A stretch of 64,000 nucleotides of DNA from Eubacteriales bacterium. GTDB lineage: Bacteria > Bacillota > Clostridia > Oscillospirales > CAG-272. The stretch lies in contig JAZSEC010000013.1 of the NCBI GenBank assembly GCA_045531485.1, positions 4,510 to 68,509 of the forward strand. Reading direction: 5' to 3'. Made by a program: the position numbers and the translations under genes. Under the pieces are notes generated by a model. The model did no database searches. It was not told the DNA's origin and saw only the letters and a program-made list of their open reading frames with translations. Each line of letters begins with the position of its first letter. Position 1 is the first letter of the stretch. Below are positions 28,669 through 38,831 of this stretch, piece by piece.

Positions 28669-29649
28669 TTAAATCCTGTTCATTTCCTTGTCGAATACGG
28701 CCTTATTCGCCGCCATATTCATAAGCATACCTGCGATGGATACCACCGCCTTCTCACCTGCGTTGCCGCGAGCCTTGATAACAGGCTTTGTAACGCCGAG
28801 AATAATACCGCCACCCAGCGAGCCGATGTCGTAGATGCTCATAAGATGAAGTCCCAGCTTCATTATCTCCTCGCTTCCAGTACGGTGAGCATATTTCATA
28901 ACGTCGGTGATGATCCTGGTGGCAGTGCCCTCGGTAACCTTCATGACCTGATTACCTGCAAAGCCGTCACAGACCAGCACGTCGCATTCGCCGGAGAGAG
29001 CACGGTTGCCCTCAATATTGCCGACAAAATTAAGGCTCTCATCGGCAGATAGAATGGGATAGGTTTCCTTAACCAGCTTATTGCCCTTAGAGGATTCGGA
29101 GCCGTTAGACAGAAGTCCGACCTTCGGGCTTTCAATAGCGTAGGTGGTTTTCATAAACTCAGAGCCAAGGCGGGCAAAGTGATGAAGCATAGCAGATGTG
29201 CAGTCGATGGTTGCACCCGTGTCCACAAGGCAGGTAAAGCCTCCGTTCTCAGCGGGGAGTACAGCAGCAAGTGCAGGACGCACCCTTACGCTACCGGACA
29301 GATAACGCATAGCACCGGTAAGCAGCACGCCGGTGTTACCCGAGGTGATGATGCCGAACAGATCCTCCCTCTCCGAGAGTGCCGAAAGTCCCTTCAGCAT
29401 AGAGGACTCGGTTTTGTTGAATATGGCATCGGCGGGCGAATCGTAATTAGTGATCTCAAGGGGTGCATCGAGTATCTCTACCCTATCCATCGGCATATTG
29501 AGCGAGGCACACTCATCGGCGATAAGCTCTGCATCACCAACCAGGAGAAGTGAAAGCTCATCATATTTTTTAAGTGCCAGATCGGCACCCTTTATCATAG
29601 CCGAGGGACCCTTGTCGCCGCCCTTGGTATCTATAACAATTTTAATCAT
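28669..29649 (-). CDS. plsX: phosphate acyltransferase PlsX
   Basis: MIKIVIDTKGGDKGP...GNTGVLL...VCDGFAGNQVMK motifs. Confidence 0.92.
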   Translation of the reverse strand: MIKIVIDTKGGDKGPSAMIKGADLALKKYDELSLLLVGDAELIADECASLNMPMDRVEILDAPLEITNYDSPADAIFNKTESSMLKGLSALSEREDLFGIITSGNTGVLLTGAMRYLSGSVRVRPALAAVLPAENGGFTCLVDTGATIDCTSAMLHHFARLGSEFMKTTYAIESPKVGLLSNGSESSKGNKLVKETYPILSADESLNFVGNIEGNRALSGECDVLVCDGFAGNQVMKVTEGTATRIITDVMKYAHRTGSEEIMKLGLHLMSIYDIGSLGGGIILGVTKPVIKARGNAGEKAVVSIAGMLMNMAANKAVFDKEMNRI

Positions 29650-29728
29650 ATCTTCTGACCGTTCCTTTCGTTTTTGGTCGTTTTTTCACATTTTTGTGGG
29701 TACGTATAGGCGTTTTTATTACCGCGGA

Positions 29729-31363
29729 CTATTCGATAGCGATAAGATAATCGTACACCTCCTGGCCGCCCTCGTATACCGTAAGCTCAAGCTCCGGGTA
29801 TTGCTCACCTATGCGGTCGGTAAGGCTGACACGTCTGTCAGCGTCCACATCTGCACCGACGAATAGGGTTATCAGCTCGCAGAAATCGGTATCTATTTCC
29901 GAGAGCATATCCATAACCGCGTCCTCTGCACCGCCAGATACGGCAAGGATACTACCACCGCTGATGGCTATGTAATCACCCTGGTGAATTTCTCTGCCAT
30001 CAATGGTAACGTCACGAACGGCACGGGTAATCTCACCGTCGGCAACACTGTCAGCGGCAGTCTTGGCAGCCAAAATGATAGAATCTATATCGGTCATAGT
30101 CGGGTTGATAAGCGAGAGTGCCGCATATCCCTGCATAAGATTCTTAGTAGGAATAACATGTATCCTTGCACCCTCGTATACCGATGCCGCCTGCTCTGCC
30201 GCAAGAAGAATATTCTTGTTATTAGGAAGGACAAGGATATGCTCTGCCGAGCAGGAGTCAAATGCATCAATAAAATCCTTAGTAGAGGGGTTAGCACTCT
30301 GACCGCCGTTTATTATCACGTCAACTCCCATATCCGAGAAGAGTGCGGAAAGTCCCTCGCCTGTGGCAACGGCAGTGACGGCGATACGCTTTTTCGCCTT
30401 TTTCTTTTTCTCCACGCTCTCGGAATGTCCAAGGGACATATTCTCTATCTTAAGGGTGAGAAATTCACCGTATTTCTGCATTCTGTCAAGAATCAGGCCG
30501 GGTGTGAAGGTATGAACGTGTACCTTGATAATATCATCCTGCTTATAGGCTACCACGCTCTCACCCGAAAGCTCACTTAAGTCGGCGAGAATAGTAGCAA
30601 TATTGAAGGTGTCGGGATCTACCTTGGCTGTTGTAAGTCTAAGAAGAAATTCGGTGCAATAGCCGAACTCAAGAATACTATCACGGGTGAAGCGATCGAT
30701 ATCAACGCCTACCCTGCTCTCCGCCGTGGGAGTAAGCGAGGGCGTAGCCTCGCCTTTCAGGGCCGCGTACATACCCTCGGCAATAAAGAGATAGCCTGCT
30801 CCGCCCGAATCCACAACCTCTGCCTCGGCAAGTGCGGGCAGAAGCTCGGGTGTACGCTGAAGCGAGCGACGTGCCTCCTCGACGTGAAGCCTCATAAAAT
30901 CCTCGACGGTAGAGTCATCGGTCATATTGGCGATGGCGTACTCCGTGCTTTCTCTGAATACGGTGAGAATAGTTCCCTCAGTGGGATTCTGTACCGAGGC
31001 GTAGGATGTTTTTATGCCGTTTTTATATGCATCGGCAAGCTCGCTTATGCCTACCGACTCGTAATCCTTAAGAAAATCGTTGATTCCCGCAAAGATCTGG
31101 GAGAGGATCACTCCCGAATTGCCTCTGGCAGACAGAAGCACCGCACGGGCAAAGCTGCGGGAAACCTGGCCTATACTATCGATATCGGCATTAAGTGCGG
31201 CAAGACCGCCCTCCACCGTGCTGAACATATTCGTACCCGTATCACCGTCGGCAACGGGAAAGACGTTTAGTGAATTTAGCTCTCCTATATGCTCGGAGAG
31301 GACGGCTGCACCGCCCGAGAGCATCTCTCTGAAGCGTTTGCCGTTTATGGTCTGTGTGCTCAT
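29729..31363 (-). CDS. yloV: DAK2 domain fusion protein YloV
   Basis: FPVADGDTGTNM Dak2 motif. 544 aa with a DegV-like C-terminal half. Confidence 0.88.
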   Translation of the reverse strand: MSTQTINGKRFREMLSGGAAVLSEHIGELNSLNVFPVADGDTGTNMFSTVEGGLAALNADIDSIGQVSRSFARAVLLSARGNSGVILSQIFAGINDFLKDYESVGISELADAYKNGIKTSYASVQNPTEGTILTVFRESTEYAIANMTDDSTVEDFMRLHVEEARRSLQRTPELLPALAEAEVVDSGGAGYLFIAEGMYAALKGEATPSLTPTAESRVGVDIDRFTRDSILEFGYCTEFLLRLTTAKVDPDTFNIATILADLSELSGESVVAYKQDDIIKVHVHTFTPGLILDRMQKYGEFLTLKIENMSLGHSESVEKKKKAKKRIAVTAVATGEGLSALFSDMGVDVIINGGQSANPSTKDFIDAFDSCSAEHILVLPNNKNILLAAEQAASVYEGARIHVIPTKNLMQGYAALSLINPTMTDIDSIILAAKTAADSVADGEITRAVRDVTIDGREIHQGDYIAISGGSILAVSGGAEDAVMDMLSEIDTDFCELITLFVGADVDADRRVSLTDRIGEQYPELELTVYEGGQEVYDYLIAIE

Positions 31364-31500
31364 TTAGTCCTCCGTGACGGATTAAAAATATTAACCCATT
31401 ATTTAAATATAGTTCATTATATATTTAAAATTACAACTGAAGTTCAATTTAATATCAATTTTTGTTGAAAAAAGGGGATAGACTATTTGAAAAACAAAAA

Positions 31501-31523
31501 GCACCGACCAATTAGGTCGGTGC
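31501..31523 (-). terminator. rho-independent terminator after the histidine kinase gene
   Basis: gcaccgacc-aatta-ggtcggtgc with a T-run on the minus strand. Confidence 0.65.
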
Positions 31524-31611
31524 TCAGGTGAGATAATTTTTTCACTCTTATATTGTATTTTTACCGCCTTATTAATCAAAGGCGTTCTGTTAAAGCCGGC
31601 ACTGCCTTCGG

Positions 31612-32712
31612 TTATTCCTTAAGGCTGACGGTGAATACCGAGCCGCCGCCCTCTCTGTCCGAAACCTCGATCCTACCACCGCAGAGAAGTATTATCCTCC
31701 TGGCAAGTGGCAGACCAAGGCCATGACCCTTCTGCTCACGGGAGTTGTCGTGCTGGTAGAATTTATCGAAAATACGCTTTTTCGCATCGTCGGGAATACC
31801 GGGGCCACAGTCCTCTACGGTGAAGGTGATAATTCCACCATCCTTGATAAGAATAAGCTTAACTATACCGCCCTCGGGACTGAATTTAATGGCGTTGCTG
31901 ATAAGGTTGTCCCACACGTGTCGCATCAGCCCCTCGTTGCCGTAGTATTTTATGCTGTCAAGCTCTACGTCAAACTCAACATTCTTCTCTATCCACATAG
32001 GCTCAAGGCCAAGGAGCGATTCTCTTATCTGCTCGTCAAGAAGGTATAGCTTCTGATTGGTTTCTATGGTCTGATTCTCAAGCTTGGAGAGGAGGAGAAT
32101 GTTACCTACCAGGCTGCCAAGACGGTCGGTGTTATAAAGGATCTTCTCCACGTATTGCTGCTGATCCTCGGTAAGATTATCTCCACCCTGAAGGAGAGTG
32201 GAATAGCCCTCGATGGCGGCGATAGGTGTCTTGAACTCGTGAGAAACGTTGGAGGTAAAGTCCCTCTGAAGCATCTCGGTGGTGCCAAGCTCGTGTGCCA
32301 TCAGGTTAAAGCCGGTGTAGACCTCGCCTATCTCCTTAGAGTGACTGTGATCCGCAAGACGAACGTCAAAATCACCATCGGCGACCTTATCCATAGCATC
32401 ACGCAGCTCCTTTATAGGCTTGAATATCCACTTAGAAACCAAAAGTGAGAAGCCCAGTGCTACCACCATGCTTACAAGACTGACCTCGAAAATAAGATCC
32501 ACGTCGGTAAACTCAACGCCCCATGCTCTCAGCAGCTCGGAGATGCCGTAGCCCGCCCATATACCAATAAAAAGGCCCGTAGCTACAACGATAAACAGTC
32601 GCCACTTAAGGCTGAAGCCCTCTCGCTTCTGCTGTCTTATCTGGTCAAAGGCCTCTCTTACCTTAAGGTAATAGCTGCTTTTTTCCTCGTTTTGCTGATT
32701 TCTCTGGCTCAT
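31612..32712 (-). CDS. sensor histidine kinase (TM-HAMP-HisKA-HATPase)
   Basis: H-box SHEFKTPIAAI. N and G boxes NLISNAIKF and GHGLGL. Confidence 0.9.
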   Translation of the reverse strand: MSQRNQQNEEKSSYYLKVREAFDQIRQQKREGFSLKWRLFIVVATGLFIGIWAGYGISELLRAWGVEFTDVDLIFEVSLVSMVVALGFSLLVSKWIFKPIKELRDAMDKVADGDFDVRLADHSHSKEIGEVYTGFNLMAHELGTTEMLQRDFTSNVSHEFKTPIAAIEGYSTLLQGGDNLTEDQQQYVEKILYNTDRLGSLVGNILLLSKLENQTIETNQKLYLLDEQIRESLLGLEPMWIEKNVEFDVELDSIKYYGNEGLMRHVWDNLISNAIKFSPEGGIVKLILIKDGGIITFTVEDCGPGIPDDAKKRIFDKFYQHDNSREQKGHGLGLPLARRIILLCGGRIEVSDREGGGSVFTVSLKE

Positions 32713-33380
32713 AGCTTTATCACCTTATAGCCAACGCCACGCATAGTAACTATCTTAAAGTCCTTCGAGTCACGGAAGCGATCACGAAGCCTGCCGATAT
32801 GTACGTCGACGGTGTGAGTATCGCTCTCGTTATCGTAGCCCCAGATATCGTCCATAAGCTGATGACGGGTGAATATCTTGCCGGGAGATGCCGCCATTTT
32901 ATAGAGCAGCATAAACTCCTTCTGCGGCAGAATAAAGCTCTCGCCCTCGGTGGTGACGGTAAGCGAATCTATCTCCATAACCGTGTTGCCGATGGTCTGA
33001 CGTCTTTCGCTTATCATCTGAGCACGGCGAAGCAGAGCCTGAACACGCAGAACCATCTCGTTGACGTTAATGGGCTTTACCATATAATCGTCGGTGCCTG
33101 CCAGAAAGCCGCGTCGCATATCGTCAAAGCTGTCCTTGGCGGTGATCATAAGCACGGGAGTAGTGTTACCCGCCTCACGAAGCGAACGGACAAGCTCGTA
33201 GCCGTCCACCTTCGGCATCATAATATCGGATATGATTATGTCAAAATAGTCGGAGTCGATTGCATTAAGTGCCTCACGGCCGTTGGCTACGCCCTTTACA
33301 AAATAGCCGTTTTTCGTCAGGACGTGGGAAAAGAGCTGCCTCAGCTCACGGTCGTCCTCGGCAATAAGTATTTTTAGCAT
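32709..33380 (-). CDS. OmpR-family response regulator
   Basis: Receiver domain ILIAEDD...DIIISDIMMPKVDG plus a winged-helix C-terminus TVRGVGYKV. 4-nt overlap with the kinase gene. Confidence 0.92.
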   Translation of the reverse strand: MLKILIAEDDRELRQLFSHVLTKNGYFVKGVANGREALNAIDSDYFDIIISDIMMPKVDGYELVRSLREAGNTTPVLMITAKDSFDDMRRGFLAGTDDYMVKPINVNEMVLRVQALLRRAQMISERRQTIGNTVMEIDSLTVTTEGESFILPQKEFMLLYKMAASPGKIFTRHQLMDDIWGYDNESDTHTVDVHIGRLRDRFRDSKDFKIVTMRGVGYKVIKL

Positions 33381-33497
33381 TGGATTCCCTCTCTTAGAAT
33401 TTACTGTACATTTATATATATTTTAAACCCTTAAGGAAAAAATGTCAACAAATGTTTTATCAACTTTTGTTTAAGATACCGTAAACAATATAAAAAT

Positions 33498-33522
33498 GCC
33501 CCTCGGCAATAAGCCGAGGGGC
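33498..33522 (-). terminator. rho-independent terminator after the giant lipoprotein gene
   Basis: gcccctcgg-caataag-ccgaggggc with a T-run on the minus strand. Confidence 0.7.
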
Positions 33523-33560
33523 TGTGATTATGCTTTAAAAATTATTCAATTTACTATCAA

Positions 33561-36500
33561 TTAGTAAGCTACGTTGATAGCACCGATATAACCGTTGGCT
33601 GTGCAGGTGAGAGTGCAAACGCCGTCGACGATCTCGATGGTGAAGATCTCTGCATCCTGGTATGTCTTAGCAGTAACGGAGGCACCCTCAGCTACGCTAA
33701 GAGTGATGATAGTGCCTGCGTTGATCTGTACCCAGCCACTGCCGTTGTCAGCGAACTTGCCGCTTGTAGCATCAACGGTAAGACCCTCGTATACACCAAC
33801 AGAGCCCTCGATCTTCGTGCCGTTTGTAGCAGAGAGATCAATGGTGGTAGCCTCGTCGTAAACTATGGGATAATTTACTGTGATAGCACCAACGTAGCCG
33901 TTAGCTGTACAGGTAAGAGTGCAAACGCCTTCGACGATCTCAATGGTGAAGATCTCTGCGTTCTGGTATGTTTTAGCAGAAACCTCAGCTCCATCAAGCA
34001 CGTTAAGCTTGATTACGGTGCCTGCGTTGATCTGTACCCAGCCGGAGCCATTGTCAGCGAACTTACCGTTTGTAGCGTCGATCTCAAGACCCTCGTAATT
34101 AGCGGTAGAGCCCTCAACCTTCAAGCCGTTGGTAGCGGAAAGATCGATAGTGGTATTCTCCTCGAATACTACGGGGTAAACGACGGAGATGGAATAGAAG
34201 TAGTTGTTGCCTTCTGTATGAGAGATAGTGATAACGCAATCGGACCACGCTTCATAGTTGAAGAATTCATCGGTAATGCCCTTATAAACAAGCTCGCCGT
34301 CGCCAAGGTTGTAGGAGGTGTATCCGTTGTAGCCGTGAACGGTTACTATCGCACCCTTTCTTACTGCGAAGGAGAAGGAGCCGTTCTTGATCTGGGAGTT
34401 GTTGCCGCCGTTATCGCCGATGGTAATGCCGGAGAAGTCAACAACAGAATCCTTGTAGTTACCCTCGGAGCCGAAGGTGATCTCGGTGTTTTCCTCAACG
34501 TATACGGGAAGGTCGACCTCAATGTAGGTGATATAGGACTTGTTCCAAGCGGGCTCTGCCTCGGTACCAACGTTAACTGCCTCGATAATAACTGTAGCGG
34601 GGTAAGTAGCGTTGATCACGTACTGTGCCTTGTCGTTCATTTCAACGGGCACGCCGTCAACGAGAACGAGAAGCTGACCGTAGTTGGTGTCAAAGCCCTG
34701 AATGGTAACGGTTGCAAGAGCGGGACAGATGAAGATGATCTGAGAATCAGAACCAAGCTGTGCACCGCCGGAGTGAGTCTTGCAGGTACCGGAAACGGAC
34801 ATGCTGGGAATGGACTCGAGAATGCCTGTTACGTCACCCTCTATGGTAGAGCCGCCGAAAACGTACTTACCTTCGCCTAGAGGACACTCAACGAAGATCT
34901 TGCAGAGATAGTTGTTCTCAAGACCCTCGTAAACAACCGTGCAATCCTCGAAGAACATTACGGACTGTGTTTCATTGTAAGTGATATCGTCCTGTTTGCC
35001 CTCTGCATAAATCTTAAAGGAAGCGTACTGGGTGTTGGCGTAAGGAATAACGGTTATAACAGTACCGGCCTTAATCTTGAAGGAGATGGTACCGGTGATC
35101 TGGATCTCGCCACCGTTGTGTCTTACGGAGCCCTCAATGGTAACCTTGGGGTTATTCTGAACAGACTCAAGTCCTTCTACGGTAGTGAAGTCAAGAACGG
35201 TGTCCTTGGTGATCGCAGGATCTGCATTGGGATCCTCGTAGATTACGGTAACGCTGGCAGTCTTGCCACCGAAGGAAATTACAACCACGTACTCACCTGC
35301 AGCGGTGTTAACAACTGCGGAGGAGTCAACGATGTAATCGGTGATCTCGATAACAGAGTTATCGGAGTAGGTAGCCTTAACAACAAGACCCTCAAGAGAG
35401 AGCTCGTCGCCTACGTTGTAGTTGGTATTCATGCCCGAAGCCTTGATCTCGGATAGATCGGGAGCTGCGGGAGCTTCTTCATCGGGATTAATGATGATCT
35501 GATAGATGTAGAGGTCGCCGGTGGAAAGAAGGACTACCTCGGTTTCCTCAGTGTAGTACTGAGAAAGAGTGGTGGAGCTTGCGGTAGCTACGCCGTTAAG
35601 AGTGAAGTAGTTGTAGTTAGGATAGGTGATAACGGTAACCTCGGTGCCTGCGGGAACGGTGAACTTAATGAAAGCACCGGCCTTCATGTTAAGAGAGTTA
35701 GCGTTAGAGTTCCATGCAACCTTGCCGTTCTCTGCACTGATGAGAAGGCCTGCCCACTCGAGAGTGGAGCCGGATGCGATGGTGGTATTGATATCGAAGG
35801 TGTTGGAAGTGCCGCTGGTGCCAACGGTCTGATCGAAGTAGTAGTAGGTTCTGTCATCCTCTACGATCTCGGTAACTGCGGGATCCCAGGGATCAAGCCA
35901 GCTTACACCACGGTTGATCTTGCCGAAAATGGTAGCGATGTCGATATAAAGAGCAGCCTCCTCAGCGGTGAGCATCTTCATACCTGCAACGGGCTCGGTG
36001 ATAGCACCTGCACCGGTGTTGTTATACTCTACGAACTGAACGGTGTCGTCGGTGGGATGAATGCCGTTCATAGAGATGTATCTCTTATTCTTGTTCTCGG
36101 AGGAAACGTAGCCGTCAAGGGAGATGTGGCCACCGAGCTCGGACTCGATGATCGCAACTGCTGCATAAGCACCCCAGGTACGACCAATGGCGGTCTTGCC
36201 CTCCATGATGCCCTCGTCAGCGGTGAACTTACACTGATAGAAGATAGCACCGTAGGTGATCGCATCGGATGCACCCTTGTTAGAGCCCTTGAAGGCGGTA
36301 AGGTAGCCTGCAGTGCCGGAGGTGTTCTTAACGGTGTCGATCACGTGGATGGTACAGCCCTTGAAGAGAGTGGTATTGTTAGTACCGAAGATGAAGTCGG
36401 TGTAGCCCGAGATAAATACGTTCTCGAAGTACTGACGACCTGTGAAGAGCTCGAGGGTATCCTGGATACCGAGGAGCTTAGAGTTTCTCATAATGAATCT

Positions 36501-38693
36501 GTCAGCCTGAACAAGAAGTGCAAGGCCTCTCTCGATGCCGAGATTTGCCTCATCCATTCTCTCCTGGCTGTTCCAGTAGTTGGAAATGGTGAGATCCTCG
36601 ATCACACAATTAACCGCACTGTCTCTGATAGCAACGGTAGCAGTGGAGTCGGTGGTATGAACGAAGCCGCCTGCATCTCTGAGACCGAAGAGAGAATCCC
36701 ATTCGATAATGGTCTTATCAGCACCCTCACCGCAGATCTTAAGGTTAGGAATGGTGATCTCAAGCTTTTCGTTGTAAAGACCCTCGCGGATAAGGATCTC
36801 CTTGGGAGTACCTGCGTCTGCCTTAGCAAGGAAGTCGAGAGCCTGCTGAATGGTGCTGAAGCAGTAGTATTCACCGGAAAGGGCACCTCTGGCACCCTCG
36901 TAATTAGGATCAACGAGAGTAAGGATGACGCCATCCTCGTTGGGAGCAGGAGTTACGTCTGTTACGTGAACGTCGATGGTAGCAGAAACTCTGCTTTCGC
37001 CAAATACGTAAGAGATGGTGATGGTCTTAGCACCTGCGGTGGAAAGATCAACCTCGCTCATCTCGTATGCAGAGCCAACGTTGAAGGTCTTCTTGCTATC
37101 AGCGAGAATGCCGTTTACAAGCACGGAAAGACCGGAGAGATCAAGGGTATCGCCTACGCTGTAGACTTCCTTGAAGCTGTAGTTGAAGTAAACGCCGTTG
37201 CCTGCAGCAGACTGGCCGTTCTGCTTAATAGCATCGAGGCCAAGGGTAACGCTTTCGGGCATATAAACGTTTATAGCTACGGTGATGGGAGTATATTCCT
37301 TATACTTAATGGTAATAGGGTAAGTACCGGAAACCGCAAGATTAACCGCGGAGGTATCGATAATTACGTCAGAGAGAGCGAGGGGCTCGGTCTTGCCGTT
37401 CTTATAGGTAGCGTTAAGCTTGAGTCCGGAGGTATCAAGCTTTTGGCCGCAGAGGTAATCTACGTTGCCTGCGGAAACGAGCTCAAAGCCGTTTTCATCA
37501 GACTTTTCAACGATGCAGGAAAGATCAAGAGCATAGATGTCCTGAGTACCGCCGTTCTTACCGCGTCCGATGGTCCATTCACCTGCGGTAACGTCAACGG
37601 TGATTTTTACAAGAGGGCTGCCCTCATCGGTTCCTGCGAACTCGATGTCATAAACTGTTCCGTCGGGAGCAGTAACGGTTACGAACTGAGTAGCTGCACC
37701 GCTGGAGCCGTTCTGGATAATGAAGGAAAGCTTACCTGTACCGGGAACGTCAACCTTGATAGCATTGCCGTTAGAACCGAACTTTACAGAACGGATGTAC
37801 TCGGTTACAAGACCGGTGTCGGGATCGGTGAACTTCTTGGTTCTGTTTCTGATCTCGGTATTTGCAACGATAACGAACTTGCCGGAGAAGAGATCGGTCT
37901 CCTGCTTGCCTGCCTCGAACTCGTCGCCTACAACAAGGCTATAGGTAACTCTCTCGAGATTCTCGGGGAGCTCATCCTTGCCGCAGATGTCACATGCATA
38001 GTCGCTGTCTGCGTCTACACACTCGGAGATAACCTGGCCGCAATAGCCACAAGCGTGGCTGCCGGTTGCTTCCTTGTGTTCACCCATTTCGGTGCCGCAA
38101 ACGTCGCACTTATGGTTGGTGTCAGCGTCTTCACACTCGGAGAGAGCAACACCGCAGTAGCCACAGTTATGGCTGCCGTCTGCTGCCTTATGCTCACCAA
38201 CATCGGTGCCGCAAACGTCACACTTGTGATTCTTATCAGTGTCCTCACACTCGGTGAGAGCCGCACCACAGATAGAGCAGCTGTGAGAATCAGCCGCTAC
38301 GTTGTGATCAGAAAGCTTCTTGCCACAAACCTTACAGTTGTGAGAGTTAGCCTCTGCCTCACACTCGGAGAGCTTCTTGCCGCAAACAGAGCATTCGTGG
38401 CTGCCGTCTGCTGCCGCACAATCGGAAAGCTTTTCTTCGCAAAGGTCACAGCTGTGATCTTTGTTTTCGTCCTTGTGCTCGCAAGTGGGATCATCGGGGG
38501 TGTCGTTGTTCTCAAGTTCTGCCTGACATTTGTCGCAGATGTAGTCGCCGTTTTCATCAACGTGCTCTTCGCAGGGCTTATCGCCGCCGATCAGATCGCC
38601 AAGGCCCGGGATCTTACCAAGAAGATCGCAGGAGGAAAGAGCGAAGATGGATACAACGAGCATAACTACTAAGAGAAGTGCCGTTTTTTTCAT
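33561..38693 (-). CDS. ~1710-aa multidomain surface lipoprotein containing a CE8 pectin methylesterase domain
   Basis: Start refined to MKKTALLLVVMLVVSIFALSSC (RBS AAGGAGA). About 11 CxxC knuckles at the N-terminus. Ig-like domains. CE8 signatures IQDTLELF, YTDFIFG and IGRTWG. Two near-identical ~92-aa C-terminal repeats. Confidence 0.85.
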   Translation of the reverse strand: MKKTALLLVVMLVVSIFALSSCDLLGKIPGLGDLIGGDKPCEEHVDENGDYICDKCQAELENNDTPDDPTCEHKDENKDHSCDLCEEKLSDCAAADGSHECSVCGKKLSECEAEANSHNCKVCGKKLSDHNVAADSHSCSICGAALTECEDTDKNHKCDVCGTDVGEHKAADGSHNCGYCGVALSECEDADTNHKCDVCGTEMGEHKEATGSHACGYCGQVISECVDADSDYACDICGKDELPENLERVTYSLVVGDEFEAGKQETDLFSGKFVIVANTEIRNRTKKFTDPDTGLVTEYIRSVKFGSNGNAIKVDVPGTGKLSFIIQNGSSGAATQFVTVTAPDGTVYDIEFAGTDEGSPLVKITVDVTAGEWTIGRGKNGGTQDIYALDLSCIVEKSDENGFELVSAGNVDYLCGQKLDTSGLKLNATYKNGKTEPLALSDVIIDTSAVNLAVSGTYPITIKYKEYTPITVAINVYMPESVTLGLDAIKQNGQSAAGNGVYFNYSFKEVYSVGDTLDLSGLSVLVNGILADSKKTFNVGSAYEMSEVDLSTAGAKTITISYVFGESRVSATIDVHVTDVTPAPNEDGVILTLVDPNYEGARGALSGEYYCFSTIQQALDFLAKADAGTPKEILIREGLYNEKLEITIPNLKICGEGADKTIIEWDSLFGLRDAGGFVHTTDSTATVAIRDSAVNCVIEDLTISNYWNSQERMDEANLGIERGLALLVQADRFIMRNSKLLGIQDTLELFTGRQYFENVFISGYTDFIFGTNNTTLFKGCTIHVIDTVKNTSGTAGYLTAFKGSNKGASDAITYGAIFYQCKFTADEGIMEGKTAIGRTWGAYAAVAIIESELGGHISLDGYVSSENKNKRYISMNGIHPTDDTVQFVEYNNTGAGAITEPVAGMKMLTAEEAALYIDIATIFGKINRGVSWLDPWDPAVTEIVEDDRTYYYFDQTVGTSGTSNTFDINTTIASGSTLEWAGLLISAENGKVAWNSNANSLNMKAGAFIKFTVPAGTEVTVITYPNYNYFTLNGVATASSTTLSQYYTEETEVVLLSTGDLYIYQIIINPDEEAPAAPDLSEIKASGMNTNYNVGDELSLEGLVVKATYSDNSVIEITDYIVDSSAVVNTAAGEYVVVISFGGKTASVTVIYEDPNADPAITKDTVLDFTTVEGLESVQNNPKVTIEGSVRHNGGEIQITGTISFKIKAGTVITVIPYANTQYASFKIYAEGKQDDITYNETQSVMFFEDCTVVYEGLENNYLCKIFVECPLGEGKYVFGGSTIEGDVTGILESIPSMSVSGTCKTHSGGAQLGSDSQIIFICPALATVTIQGFDTNYGQLLVLVDGVPVEMNDKAQYVINATYPATVIIEAVNVGTEAEPAWNKSYITYIEVDLPVYVEENTEITFGSEGNYKDSVVDFSGITIGDNGGNNSQIKNGSFSFAVRKGAIVTVHGYNGYTSYNLGDGELVYKGITDEFFNYEAWSDCVITISHTEGNNYFYSISVVYPVVFEENTTIDLSATNGLKVEGSTANYEGLEIDATNGKFADNGSGWVQINAGTVIKLNVLDGAEVSAKTYQNAEIFTIEIVEGVCTLTCTANGYVGAITVNYPIVYDEATTIDLSATNGTKIEGSVGVYEGLTVDATSGKFADNGSGWVQINAGTIITLSVAEGASVTAKTYQDAEIFTIEIVDGVCTLTCTANGYIGAINVAY

Positions 38694-38831
38694 GATTTTT
38701 CTCCTTTTTTTGTTATATGTAAATTTGCGTTTACATTTAAAGTGAAAATTTGATGTTTTGCTAGGATTGTAAAGCCTCATCCGTCAGCCTGCGGCTGCCA
38801 CCTTCCCCAACGGGGAAGGCTTGTAATAGGC

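Noticed and set aside
36057-38672. 871-aa plus-strand ORF
   Set aside because: It is entirely antisense to the well-supported CE8 lipoprotein gene. The sequence is low-complexity and Gly/Val/Leu-rich with no motifs. It is a stop-codon-poor antisense frame caused by codon bias.
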